Shown in pieces: positions 26,230-39,570 of a stretch of 64,000 nt of DNA. The translations under genes and the position numbers were made by a program. The notes under the pieces are model-generated. The model was not told the origin of the DNA and did not search any database. It was given only the letters and a program-made list of their open reading frames with translations. The stretch's first letter is position 1. The number at the start of each line of letters is the position of its first letter. Source of the stretch: Octopus bimaculoides (Eukaryota); contig NC_068984.1 of assembly GCF_001194135.2 (NCBI RefSeq), positions 22,346,903-22,410,902 on the forward strand, in the 5' to 3' direction.

Positions 26230-26830
26230 CGTGTTTCATATTAGTTTTTCTTTGGTTACTATAGCCCATTCGAGGAGGGAGTTTTTTGTTTCAGAGATAT
26301 ACCGGGGGTGGGTAGTTTATTCGGAATTCGTTTGAGATATTCTTCTGGGAACCGTTTGAATATTGGGGTATCTTTTTGTCTTGTTATGAAGTTAAACAGA
26401 GCCGGGCCAGTTGAGATTAAATAGTCCTGTCTTATTATTGTGATGTGACGCGAATATGATTTTTGTAGAGGACGGGTAGCACGGGGACCACGCACCGGGT
26501 GAATTTTAAAGTTGAGCCAACATTATTTTGGCAGTGCTGTTGGAATATTTTCCACATCATATAGCGCTCACAGCGACGTTGGAGGGAATAAATGTTGGGT
26601 CTCTCGAGACGTTCTCAAATATCAAGGCCTGTCATGCCGAATATTTTCCTTGTGCTCGATCTCCGCAGTGCTTCAATTTTTTGTAATATTCTCTGTCAGG
26701 TAGGAAGACCATAGCAGACGACAGTATTCAAGGTGAGGACGGGCAAAGGTGGAGAAGGGAAGGATAATGTTATGGGCGTCTCTAGAACGAATATTACTGA
26801 GGATCTAGGGGTACGCTTTGCGGCCATGTC
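26230..26830 (-). mobile_element. CR1/L2-group LINE 3' end
   Basis: KIEALRRS.TRKI.GM.GLDI*ERL..IYSLQRR.ERY; GPALFN; FKR..YL.RIP. Confidence 0.85.
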
Positions 26831-26874
26831 GACTTTGTTGTTTATATGGGCACTCCAGCTTAAGTTACCGAAAA

Positions 26875-27110
26875 TTACAATTATTTGTTGTCATAAATTA
26901 TTATACAAACAAGCACAAGGCCACAAAATTCCAGGAGAAGGAAATGAGTTCGTATAAGGTTTTTGATTTGTCTCAAACACATTTACAAGATATGGGGAAT
27001 GAATTCATTTCGATTTCAAATCAAAGCAGACACATAGAACCAGGTCGCAGATTTGTCTGAGCCCGGACTAGTAAAGGTATGTCCTGCTCTTCTTCTGTCT
27101 CTTTCTTTAT
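26875..27110 (+). repeat. ~230-bp dispersed duplicate, copy 1 (copy 2 at 36625-36850)
   Basis: Colinear high similarity from ttatttgttgtcataaatta to ggactagtaaag, followed by a CT tract. Confidence 0.9.
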
Positions 27111-27558
27111 CTCCCTTTCTCCCCCCCCTCTCTCTCTCTCTCTCGTTAATTATTATATTATATAGCCAATTTACTGATTGTGTATTTCTGTTACAAGGGA
27201 GATAATAACCCTGCAAAAAAGCAATACTGTTCTTTTACTTTAAGGTAAATTTAAGTTTAATGGAATGAAATACTTCATATAATATTTATATATTTATTTA
27301 ATTCAATTTCCTTTCCTTTTTCTTTCAAAATATAAATTCCATAATTTCTCATAATTACTACTATCTGAATTTTATTGAATCTCCTCAGTACAGAGTAATT
27401 AAGTTTTTATTAATAACATTTTATTATTGCATAATGGAAAGACGGAGAGAGAAAGAAGAAAATATTCCAGCAGAAATAAATAAATTATTTATTCGTAACC
27501 AGCAGAATCGGTTACCAGCAGAGTCGGTAGCAGTATAAATTTGGACAACAGAAACGAA

Positions 27559-27862
27559 TTAGTTATACAAAATACCATAAAAGATGAATACTTTTTGTTG
27601 TTGTTGGGGTCATTTAAACGTACCTCAGCCTGATCAAACACACATATGAGCAGGAGCTTTGTTTTCAGATATAGTGTATCTCGAACTGTATAATTCAGTT
27701 TTCTTTTTATGAGTATGTAAGGTGTGCTTTGGAAGAGATTCGACTACTGTTTCTCGATGGTGGCTTACCCATCTCTTTATTGTCTTATATTTTCGTATGT
27801 AAAGCTACTCAAACACAAGCGTCACATTTATATATTTAGTTATACAAAATACCATAAAAGAT
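27559..27862 (+). repeat. 250-bp insert flanked by a perfect 27-bp direct repeat; near-identical to 28843-29100
   Basis: ttagttatacaaaataccataaaagat at 27559-27585 and 27836-27862. Confidence 0.9.
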
Positions 27863-29699
27863 AGATTCTCGATTCATTGAAATTATCCTCGTTTTGATAG
27901 GTATACAGATGACGAGTCAACTGCGCCCGAGTCTAAATGAAAAGTGGGGATAATCTTAATAATGAAGGATTCTCCGGAATTAACATCTTCTGAAAAGGTT
28001 TGATTTGTGTTTAAAGCAGAAATGAAGATACCCGTGAATGCGCGCTTCTACATCACTTGCTGTCAGCAGCGGACCAGTTATTTTACCTTGATTTCTCCAG
28101 ATATTAAATATTTAGAACTGTTCGAAACAGGCAGCGAACGTTTATGGCCTAGGATAATTAGCATAATTAAAACAAAATGAGCTAAGCGGCATAACTCAGT
28201 GGGACAACTACAACGAATAAAGTTATACTAAAAAAACATACAAATTTAATTCTTTTTCTTTATATTGAATTATTTTCGATTTGAAAGGTTAACCAACGCC
28301 TAGTGAGAGTAGCGCTCGATTCTGAGTGAGAAGGTGGGATAATACACATTAAGTGGAGTCTAAAGCTGTTACATACACTCAATGTGGAATTATTAATTAA
28401 ACGTCGATGTCAAGGAGGAATTGAAATCGGGTCGTCTTCGATGGCATCTTTAATATGTTTGTATATACCCACGTGTGTGCCCACACATGTGTATTTTATA
28501 TCCTCTAACTAAATTGATTTTAACATCTAACACGAGTTAGAAGATAGTTTTCTCAGTCTTAATTTAGACTCTGTATTTTTCATAATTTTGCCCAAGCAAC
28601 TCCACGGTGTTCTGAATGCGGTTCCCTTACGTAGCCCTTCGGTAAAGTGTCTTCTGCCATGGTCTCTGGTTTACTAATACTTTGTAATTGAAATATGGCA
28701 GGTAGAAACTGTGCAGAAACCATCGAAATATGATGAAATGGTCATTGTTGGAAGGCACATGATCGTAGTTGGTTCGATTTGCCTTGACATATATTACTTT
28801 CGTATAAAAGTTTTGCAGAAACTTCCCTGAAACTATACATTGTACTTTTTGTTGTTGTTGTTGGGGTTATTTAAACGTACCTCAGCCTGATCAAACACAC
28901 ATATGAGCAGGAGCTTTGTTTTGAGATATATTGTATCTCGAACTGTATAATTCAGTTTTCTTTTTATGTGTATGTAAGATGTGCTTTGGAAGAGATTCGA
29001 CTACTGTTTCTCGATAGTAGCTTACCCACATAGTCTCTTTATTGTCTCATATTTTCGTATGTAAAGCTACTCAAACACAAGCATCTCCTTTATATATTTA
29101 TGCATGAATAAGACTTTATTTTTAAACCATGTAACTTGCTTAAATATTTACATGTTATAAAGACCTCTAACAAGCAAACATACACACATGTACACACACA
29201 TATTCACGCTTGCAAACAAAGAGAATGTCAATATCTTAGACGCACCAACAGGGTGCACATTTATCACACATACATATGCACGCAAACATTAATCCACCCC
29301 CAAACAAACTCACACATCTATCATACACATTTATCTCAAACAGACAGATGTATATAGACCGATATATATTTTAAACTTTTCAGTAAGTTAATCATAAATA
29401 TTCATTTCTATCGATGTTATTTACCAAGAGAATTGTAGTAAACGTCGTTGAAATTATCTTAGGAATAAAGAAAACGAAATTGTCTCCCGGAATTATCAAA
29501 AAGGAAACGCAATTCTTCTCAATTCTTTAAGTTATTTTTTTATCCAGTGCCACTTCCATTATTCATTCCTGTTATGTTCTTCCCACTTTTTTTTTTTGCA
29601 CAAATTAAATAAATTACATTATTGAGAGTCATTGCCAAATGGTAAGAATTTAACTTATAGAGGTAGATATTTCATGTAGTTTCACTTGTATATACTATT

Positions 29700-30660
29700 A
29701 GTGGCTTATTTCGCAACATCTTTATTAAAAATAGACGTAAGTTTACAGGACATTGACACAGACAACCAAGAACATAAGAAAAGTAGAATTTGGGTGAAAA
29801 AGTCATGCTTCTCAGCGCAGGACATCTGTCTGGAGTGTTCGTATTCCACAGAGCGGGTTATAAATTTGCACGTGCCGGTGCCAAAAAGCAGCTGTGACCT
29901 AATCATCACCCGCGAAGGAGTATAATGCAGCCAAGGATGATTAAAGTTTGGTGAAGAATACTTTTAACGATTTTGTCTGAGAAAAAGACGAAGGCTTGAT
30001 GCAGTATCCAAGGAAGAATATTATAGTATGACTGATGATGTACAGAAAGTTAACTTTCTTCAAGGGTAAACCATAAACAAGTGTAGTTGGCACGATAATC
30101 TTTTTAGGTCACCTTCAAAATGTCTAATATCATTTTCCGTTGATAAGATTAGAGCAATCCTAATTAGTAAAACATACTCAATGACAGAGAAGCTCATGTA
30201 TATTTGAAGATCATGGTTTCATCAAGTAAGCAATACGATAGAACACTCCACAAAAATAAAAAAAAGATTAACTCATTTTCCATACATGAACATTTTAGTG
30301 ATTAGATATGAGATCATTATGTCAGACCAAAACCCAGGAGTTTATGTTTGCAAAATAAAATTCTGTGGGTGAATTGTGATTTATAACCGATTTGCAGCTC
30401 AGTTTGCAATGCGATATAAATCATGATTCTGTTGCCACATGGCAACACCAACAGAGAAGCCAGTAGTAATGGACAGAGTATCGCTAGCGTTAGATGAAAC
30501 CCGTCAATGTATGTTAAAAGGAAACAAAATATCTGGCGCACTACGAGTACGAATGAGTAATGTCATTAATAAGTAAATTGAATGCGTATGGAGCTATCGC
30601 CCTTCCCTGAGATACACAAACTGGGCTAATATATTAATCATAGCACGCATTGTTGACTTT
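29700..30660 (-). mobile_element. Highly degenerate LINE RT remnant
   Basis: VSQGRAIAPYAFNLLINDI (cf. VPQGS.LGP.LFN.YIND) and LLTYIDG at 30500-30650. The 3' extension is weak. Confidence 0.45.
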
Positions 30661-30809
30661 CACTATATGTTCCTAAAAGAATGTTGCCTAAGCATTTAAA
30701 AAGATAATTGCCGATCCATAGAGAAGTTCTTGTAAAATAACTGTATAGAGTACAGTATCAAAAGCTATAGCCGAATCAAGAAAAAAAATGCAAAAGATTT
30801 TACATTCAA

Positions 30810-31170
30810 GGTGGCACTCCGTCGGTTACGACGACGAGGGTTCCAGTTGATCCGATCAACGGAATACCCTGCTCGTGAAATTAACGCGCAAGTGGCTGAG
30901 CACTCCACAGCCACGTGTACCCTTAACGTAGTTCCCGACGAGATTCAGCGTGACACAGAATGTGACAAGGCTGGCCCTTTGAAATACAGGTACAACAGAA
31001 ACAGGAAGAAAGTGTGTGAGAAAAGGGTTTTCCACCATCCCGTGCCGGATTCTCGTGGAGCTTTAGGTGTTTTCGCTCAATTAACACTCATAACGCCCGG
31101 TCTGGGAATGGAAACTGCGATCCTACGACCCCGAGTCCGCTGCCCTACCCACTGGGTCATTGCGCCTCCA
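30810..31170 (-). mobile_element. tRNA-SINE family D
   Basis: Head ggaggcgcaatgacccagtgggtagggcagcggactc..gcagtttccattccc; tail shared with the 10040 copy. Confidence 0.85.
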
Positions 31171-31219
31171 AGACATTCAAGGTAGAACATTGTTAGCCGT
31201 AGATTTGGCTGTTTGAGCA

Positions 31220-31266
<47 letters not shown>

Positions 31267-31302
31267 TCTCTCTCTCTCCCTCTATCTATCTATCTAACTA
31301 TA

Positions 31303-31349
<47 letters not shown>

Positions 31350-31399
31350 TTCTCCCTCGCTCTCTCTCCAGTTTCTCGCGAATATAATTGTATTCTTTG

Positions 31400-31655
31400 C
31401 AAATAGATGTGCACATGCTCAAAACCAGGGGAGGTTCAACATGGAAATTTCGTCCTTGCCACATTGCATCACGTTGTTTCTACTTATTCACATAAAGGGA
31501 ACAGGTGCTCGTGGAAGGGAATAGGTGTTTGTGGAATAACCAGTCAAATTCATGCTAATTCAATGATCAAGTAATTCGGGTGATCGAACAAGTAGAGCCT
31601 TATAATGAAAACCAATGGCCATTCCGTTCGCTAGTGAATAAATACAGTAAGTTAT
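31400..31655 (-). pseudogene. YWTD blade + EGF remnant
   Basis: ctctcagtcacag acceptor; LANGMAIGFIIRLYLFD..LIIELA (cf. PNGLAID..RRLYWxD..IE); later ACAHLF. Confidence 0.45.
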
Positions 31656-32319
31656 CTGTGACTGAGAGACAAAGTAACATCGAAATTCAGTAGAAAAATT
31701 TAGACAATTATAATTTGAGAAAACTAAAATGTTTTTACTGACTGAACACGATAGCAGGTTGCAAACGTTTTAGGAAACTGAGGACAAATATGCCAACCTA
31801 TTAGAATCGGATTTATTATCTTTACGTTTGTAAATTAATGCAATAACGATGGAATTCAAGAAGTACCCTAAATTTTAGACATTGAAGTCCTACTGGGTTA
31901 AAAAATATGATTTCGAATTCTCTTCCAACCACTTCGATACTGGAAGCGTTACTTTGTTTTTGAAGAAGATTTTTAAAAAAGATCGAAATCACTATGCTTT
32001 CGCTACCATAAACTCTCATTCTGTGTGTGTGTGTGGGGGGTGGGGGGTGTATCGCTTCTGTGTGTGTCTGTGTGTCAGAGAGAAAAACTGTGTAGATGTA
32101 TATATATATGTATGTATGTGCGTGTGTGCGTGTGTGTATGTCTGTGTGTGTACATCCACACCCATATATTACATTTGTATGTATATGTAAATTAAATTTC
32201 AATAATTTCTTACAATTCTACTTTGATCTATTTTATTAATTTACAAACTTATCTATTTTTTCTTTCTTCAATTTCTTAGCTTTCTAATGTTCAAACTTTA
32301 TCTTAAGTTGTATATATTC

Positions 32320-32510
32320 ATCAACAGAGCCATTGTGTGCTGCGTGACATTCTTCAAAGCTCGTTTTTAAACATTCTTGCAAGTAGTTTCACTCCATTCA
32401 ACAATCAAAACTCACTGTAACGCAACTTCCTTTACTGTTTAATGTCCAATTCCAAACAAATAACAGCTATTTATATCAATCTCACCCAGTTGTCCTTCAG
32501 TAAAGTAGTC
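32320..32510 (-). pseudogene. Possible YWTD remnant
   Basis: ttttag acceptor; RLLY*RTTG / YFTEGQLGEI / LELDIKQ*RKLRYSE in different frames. Weak. Confidence 0.25.
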
Positions 32511-33916
32511 TCTAAAATGTCTACTGATACGGCTATATTTTTAATAATTTAAAAGAACATGAAATATGCAAAAAAAAAAAAAAACTGCACAAATACTAAA
32601 CAATTGTTATTTTTGGTGTACAGTCCAAGGCGAGCTCCTAAACTGCTGCACTAAAATCAAATATATTCAAGCAGATAAGATTCCGCGCTTATTCTAAATA
32701 ATACATCTTGGGTTATATCATCCAATATTATTTCCTTTTAAGGATGGTATAATTGACGGAGATTTGGTTACTGTTTGTAGCAGTTAACGAGAACACGTAC
32801 AGGATTCCTCATCGTTCTTGCCTCTAGGCGATGTTAATGTGACTCACTGAATTCTTGCAAAGAAAAGCAAAGGAGGCACCTGTTATACACAAACTTAAAC
32901 TAGAATAAAATGCATGTCATCATTTAGTATAAATACACTTCAAATATGAAGGTGCTTTATGCATTTCGTGAACAAAAATATTATTGTAATCCTGCCTATA
33001 AGGAAGCCTAACAGTTATTCAACCTTCAAGAAATCTCAGCAACACCAACGGAAGCAAAGAAAGCGGTCAAGTCTATTTCATCTCAAATTATACAATTTTT
33101 CAAGGAAGAAGAAAGATACGCAACCAGTGATGGCAACGTGAAGACAAATGACAATGCTTAGAGTCCTCTGAACGACAAATGTAAATATGTAGTTTAATTT
33201 TCTTAAATCATGGATTACACAAAACGAGACCTTGTTATCATGAAATATATCAGGTGAAGACGAACCACACGGTTTCCCTTTACAGCATTGTTAATCTTTG
33301 CAAAATTAAAATAGACAATACAAGCATGTGGCATCTTTATTCATTTGAACCGGAATCGGGGTATCAAATCACAAAATCCGCATTCCTGCACAGGTAAAAA
33401 TAAGACAGTAGCGTGCAGCACATCTTTCACGTGTAACTTCCAAAGAAGTCAATTTTACTTTTCATCCATCTGATGCCGATAAAATATAAAATAAATCAAG
33501 CACTGTATTCGTTTTAACCAACACCAAATTCTTGGTCTAGTGCCAACGTTAAAAATCCATAGAGGCTGTGTTGCTATAGTGTAAAACTACATTACAGTAT
33601 TGAGTTACATCCCTTTATGGTTCGAGTCAAATATTTGGCTTTCTCTGTTCCAGGTCGATAAAATAAGTAGTATGCCTCTATATATTTGTGATCTTCTGCC
33701 AATGTTAGATATCAATATTTCTTCTGGTTTTTTGAAAATGTATGAGAAGCAAGAGCAGAGTAGTGGCAAGTGAAAATTGCGATTCTCTTTCGGTTTCTAA
33801 CGGAATCAACATTGTATCGTTTACATCAATCCCTGATTCAAGGGTTTTCTTTAATACAAAGAAGTTAAATTACTTTACCTATCCTACCCTAACCTAAAAT
33901 CTAATTCGTGTATTAA

Positions 33917-35725
33917 TCTATATATATGAAATTCTTTGTCTGCCAGTCTGTCTGTCCATCTGTCTGTCTGTCTGTCTGTCCATCCGTCTGTCTGTCCATC
34001 TGTCTGTCTGTCTGTTCCCTATGTATTCTCAAACAGTTCGATTAAATCAAATGAAATTTTACAAGGTTATAGTATCAGACCCCGAGAGTAATTTTTTTCC
34101 ACTTGGATTAAAACAATATAACATTGGTACAGGTTTGGTATTACATGTCAAACGTGAAAGAATAAGATCTATATTGTAATGTCATATACTATTGTTTCAC
34201 TTGCATTCTTTCACTTTTCATTCTAAACCTATAATATTGTTTCACATTTATTCTTTCGCTTTTAATTTTATTTTGATAAATGACTAATTGATATATCGTA
34301 ATGAGAACAATATTAAGCATCGGCAGCTTTTCGTCTTTACCGCCATGACAGCGGAATGGTGTGTCAGTGTATGTGTGTTGATTGACATAACAAACGGCTG
34401 GAAGTGAAACTCTTGACAAAAAACAATTAGGTGGCAGGTCCAAGGTATATAAAAATACACATTTACCGTTCAGTTACCAGTTCATAAATATCGCAGCAGT
34501 TGCAAGGTTGCAATATATTTACAATTATATATTTACCCTTCAATTAATGGAGTCTCAAAAGAGAAGGGAGATAAGACTTTCCCAAGATCAGCAAATGCAT
34601 GCTGCAACACGACAAATGGAGTCTCAAAAGACAAGGAAGATGAGACCTTCTCCAGATCAGCAAAGGCATGCTGCAGTGCGTTAAATGGAATCTCAAGAGA
34701 GAAGGGAGACGAGACTTTCTCAAAATTAGCAAACGCATGTTGCAGCACATCAAATGGAGTCTAAAAGACAGAAGCGAGATGAAACTTTCTCAAGATCAGC
34801 AGAGGCATGCTGCAGCACGTCAGATGGAGTCTCAAGAGAGAAGGGAGATGAGACTTTCCCAAGATCAGCAAAGATATGTTGCAACACATAATGCTGAATC
34901 ATTAAAACAGCGTTTCCATGATTAAACAGACGTCCAGTAGAAGAGCTCTCAGAAACAGACAACGTACAAATTTGTTCTACACAACTCCAGGATCTGCTTT
35001 CATATATGACCCATTCCATTCTTCTGAAAATAATAATGGTGTCCAAATTGTCGTGCTAAACTCAAATTGTCGTTTCTGCAAATCTTTAAAATTTCCGAAT
35101 GAAACTAATGGCATGTGCTATTCAGGCGGTAAGGTAAGATTGCCAGCGCTATCAACTCCCCCTCCACCTCTTATGGATCTTCTGGAAAGCACTTACATTC
35201 AGTTAAAGGATTTTCTGTACAATATCAGACAATACAACTCAGCATTTCAAATGACATTGTATGATGCACATAAGGAGATAGTTCAACATGGATTTACACC
35301 GACGTTCAAAGTTCAAGGGCAAGTCTGTCACCTCACTGATTCCCTGTTACCCACAAATGAACCTCCATAGTTCCTCCAAATTTACTTTATGAGTGATGTA
35401 GGACAATAAACTCGAAGGAAGTCTTAAAGTTTCAGACGATGGCTCGTGTTAGACTCAGCGCGGACAGCCACATTGGAGAGTCTATCCACCAACAACTTTG
35501 CGGTGCGTTCAAAAATTACATACCCCCATCCCCAATTTTCCATGACAGGTGAGGACCTGGAATATTCCAAGGGGACGCCTGACATGTCGCTTAGTCGAAC
35601 TATGTACTACACAAATGTTTTGCCGTCAATGCTGCACTTTCCAGTATCACCTGTTTCAACGTAACTGTAATACATATACAAACTATGCCATTTTAATCCG
35701 GAGCAACGTCGGGTATCTCTGCTAG
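33917..35725 (+). mobile_element. Internally deleted Helitron with both termini and a RepHel N-terminal fragment
   Basis: A|TC at 33917 with (TCTG)n; hairpin-like ccggagcaacgtcggg then CTAG|T. ORF 34918-35370: CRFC..MCY.GGKV.LP, NIRQYNSAFQMT, PTFKVQGQV.H..SLLP. Confidence 0.9.
34547..34880 (+). repeat. Five 69-bp coding repeats (23 aa, MESQERREMRLSQDQQRHAAARQ-like) in the Helitron
   Basis: atgg anchors at 34547, 34616, 34685, 34754, 34824. Confidence 0.9.
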
Positions 35726-36624
35726 TTAAAAATAAATATTTAAATGTTATGAATGTTGAAGCAGTAATCACATGAATACAAAAAAGAAACAGTATTTTGT
35801 TTTAAATATAACCCTGGATTGATGAAAACAAATAGTTAATGAAATAAAATTATGGTGACATACTTTGGCGAAAAACTAAAACAATTCCGATAAGGAAGAA
35901 TCGCCCAGTAAGCAATCTAAATATATGAATGGCGATTCCTTTATCTTGTATAGAAGAGTTTAAAAGCAAAATCGACGTCACTGAAATTTGAACTCAGAAT
36001 CAAAAGCATTCAGAATGGACTAGGATAGATTACCAAAGGTATAATGTGGAAATGGAAATCATCTAGAATGCCAAATCTAGACCGTCAAAAAAGAATATGG
36101 CGTTGATGTTGCGCTGACAGAAATGGATATTATATGGGGCAAGTCACAGAGACTTTGGTCTTTGACTAGGCGAGATTTACAAATTAAAACTAAAAACATG
36201 AAAATAAACCGCTGCAAGACATTTTGTTGGTCACCTTAGCGAATCTGTTTACTACTGCCAGCAGATGAGTTCGGGAACAGTAACTCATCCTGATACAGAA
36301 ATAGCAACCGAGTCCCCATCCTTGAATCATAAATATCTATCTTCAGAAAATACACAAGGTTTCTGAAGTCCTAAATAAAGTTTATGCAAACAATAAAAAA
36401 ATGCGCAGCTGTTAGGGCTGGATTCTATTTGATCTGCTTGATCAGAGCTGACATAAATTTAAGCAACATCAATAACACCGATAAAAACAGCCACAATGAC
36501 CACCATCACCTTCTTCGCTGCCCTTAAACTATAAAATACAATACTAACGTACACAAAATTGACAAAGGCATAAATTACATCTATAATCGAAATCCAAAAG
36601 CAAAACCAAAAACAAAAACAACCA

Positions 36625-36850
36625 AAGCTTATTTGTTGTCATAAATTACTGTACAAACAAGCACAAGGTCGCGAAATTACAGGGAAAGGAAATGGGATCG
36701 AGTAAGGTTTATGATTTTCTCAAAGACATTAACAAGATATGGGAAATGAATACACTTCGATCTCAAATCAAAGCAGACACGCGGAACCAGGTCGCAGATT
36801 TGTGTCTGAGCCTGGACTAGTAAAGAAATGTTCCCCTCTCTCTTTCTGCT
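36625..36850 (+). repeat. ~230-bp dispersed duplicate, copy 2
   Basis: See copy 1. Confidence 0.9.
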
Positions 36851-36908
36851 TTTCTTTTTTCTCTCCCTCTCTCTCTTTATATCTCTCTCTTTTTATATCC
36901 TTTGTTAA

Positions 36909-36909
<1 letters not shown>

Positions 36910-36993
<84 letters not shown>

Positions 36994-37090
36994 CATTGTC
37001 GTTGTTGTTGTTAGTTGTATTCGTAGTATGATTATTGTTAGTATTATTGTTGTTATTGTTATTATCATCATCATCATCATCATCTCATTA
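36910..37090 (+). repeat. (ATT)n/(GTT)/(CAT) microsatellite
   Basis: Directly visible; a similar tract lies at 48090-48200. Confidence 0.95.
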
Positions 37091-37876
37091 TTATTTTCAT
37101 GATGCTTTCTGTACACGGTACCTGTAAACGTCAGTCAGGAGATCATTGCTAACACAAAAAATTATATATATATATATATATATATATGGCTATGAAAAAA
37201 ATATTGGGATGAGAAATTACAAAATCAATCACTGCAAGAGAGAAAGAACGAAAGAAATGAGACACATAGAGACCGTGAGAATGTGAGAAGAAAAAAAAAG
37301 AGAACAGAAACTCTCAACGAAGAGCGAAAACGGACACCGTAAAACAATAAGAACAAATTTATTGAGAAGTATAAAATATATCCATTTAGTGGTGGCATAC
37401 CAAATAGAAATATAGAAAGTCAAGCAATTACGCATGCGCGTGTGAAGACAGTGACGCATAAACGTACACTCATATATACATACTCTCTTTCACACATAAG
37501 GATAATCTCATGTAGACACATTACATATAGAGACATAAATACTGAGATAAATACAAAATTTAAGCACAAATTCAGACAAAGGAAATCAGAAGCACACAAG
37601 AGTCGGAGAAACACGGGCATATGTACGTGGGTCTTATATATATATATATATAATATACATACACACACACAATCACGCATATATATGTGTGTGTGTGTAT
37701 GTATATATANNNNNNNNNNCTCTGGCACCTACTTCTTCTCTTCACTCCTACCCAGCTTCTGCCTTCCACCTTCTCCCTTCATTATCGCTCCCTCCCTCGT
37801 TACCGACACATTCATTACCCTACACATTCCAATCCCACCGTACCACACTACACCACACCACATCACACCACCACGT

Positions 37877-38075
37877 ACACACTAGCACTGACCACTTCCC
37901 AGCACCCACACCAGCGCACACACTAGCACTGACCACTTCCCAGCACCCACACCAGCGCACACACTAGCACTGANNNNNNNNNNACTTCCCAGCACCCACA
38001 CCAGCGCACACACTAGCACTGACCACTTCCCAGCACCCACACCAGCGCACACACTAGCACTGACCACTTCCCAGC
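37877..38075 (+). repeat. 41-bp minisatellite, about 5 copies, gap inside
   Basis: actagcactgaccacttcccagcacccacaccagcgcacac at 37881, 37922, 37963. Confidence 0.92.
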
Positions 38076-38244
38076 ACCTAATCTCCATCCGCACACCTAC
38101 ACAGGCACACACGCACACGTCAATGTCACCAGCCCCCCTCCACACGCACAAACACGCTCTCACATACACACGCACGTGCACCTTCGTTTTTGGATCACCA
38201 CTGTTGTTATCTCCCCTTCTTTCTAACTTCTTTCTTCCTAACTT

Positions 38245-38397
38245 CTTTCAGTTTCCGTCTACCAAATCCACTCAGAAGGCTTTCGTCGGCCTGAGGCTAT
38301 AGTAGAAGACACTTGCCCAAGGTGCCACCCAGTGGAACTTAACCTGGAACCATGTGGTTCGTAAGCAAGCTACTTACCACACACCCACTCCTACGCT
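38245..38397 (-). mobile_element. SINE family A, 5' half
   Basis: ttccgtctaccaaatccactc..gaagacacttgcccaaggtgcc..aagctacttaccaca. Confidence 0.88.
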
Positions 38398-39332
38398 TAT
38401 ATATATATATATNNNNNNNNNNNNNNNNNNNNNNNNNNNNNNNNNNNNNNNNNNNNNNNNNNNNNNNNNNNNNNNNNNNNNNNNNNNNNNNNNNNNNNNN
38501 NNNNNNNNNNNNNNNNNNNNNNNNNNNNNNNNNNNNNNNNNNNNNNNNNNNNNNNNNNNNNNNNNNNNNNNNNNNNNNNNNNNNNNNNNNNNNNNNNNNN
38601 NNNNNNNNNNNNNNNNNNNNNNNNNNNNNNNNNNNNNNNNNNNNNNNNNNNNNNNNNNNNNNNNNNNNNNNNNNNNNNNNNNNNNNNNNNNNNNNNNNNN
38701 NNNNNNNNNNNNNNNNNNNNNNNNNNNNNNNNNNNNNNNNNNNNNNNNNNNNNNNNNNNNNNNNNNNNNNNNNNNNNNNNNNNNNNNNNNNNNNNNNNNN
38801 NNNNNNNNNNNNNNNNNNNNNNNNNNNNNNNNNNNNNNNNNNNNNNNNNNNNNNNNNNNNNNNNNNNNNNNNNNNNNNNNNNNNNNNNNNNNNNNNNNNN
38901 NNNNNNNNNNNNNNNNNNNNNNNNNNNNNNNNNNNNNNNNNNNNNNNNNNNNNNNNNNNNNNNNNNNNNNNNNNNNNNNNNNNNNNNNNNNNNNNNNNNN
39001 NNNNNNNNNNNNNNNNNNNNNNNNNNNNNNNNNNNNNNNNNNNNNNNNNNNNNNNNNNNNNNNNNNNNNNNNNNNNNNNNNNNNNNNNNNNNNNNNNNNN
39101 NNNNNNNNNNNNNNNNNNNNNNNNNNNNNNNNNNNNNNNNNNNNNNNNNNNNNNNNNNNNNNNNNNNNNNNNNNNNNNNNNNNNNNNNNNNNNNNNNNNN
39201 NNNNNNNNNNNNNNNNNNNNNNNNNNNNNNNNNNNNNNNNNNNNNNNNNNNNNNNNNNNNNNNNNNNNNNNNNNNNNNNNNNNNNNNNNNNNNNNNNNNN
39301 NNNNNNNNNNNNNNNNNNNNNNNNNNNNNNNN

Positions 39333-39377
<45 letters not shown>

Positions 39378-39394
39378 TTATAAGTATTCACTTA

Positions 39395-39570
39395 TGCTAA
39401 GCGGTATTTCACCTGTTGCTTCATTCTGCGTTCAAGTTCCACCGAGGCCGAATTTGCCTTTCTTCCTTTCGGGGTCGATAAATTAAGTACCAACGAAAGA
39501 CTGGGGTTGACGTAATCGACTAGTTCCCTTCCCCAAAATTTCAGGCCTTGTGCCTATAGTGGAATGGATT
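39395..39570 (+). mobile_element. SINE family B
   Basis: ttcggggtcgataaattaagtacc..gtaatcgact. Confidence 0.88.

Noticed and set aside
37877-38075. Regular repeat as a possible CRISPR array
   Set aside because: Head-to-tail identical 41-mers with no spacers, in eukaryotic DNA.
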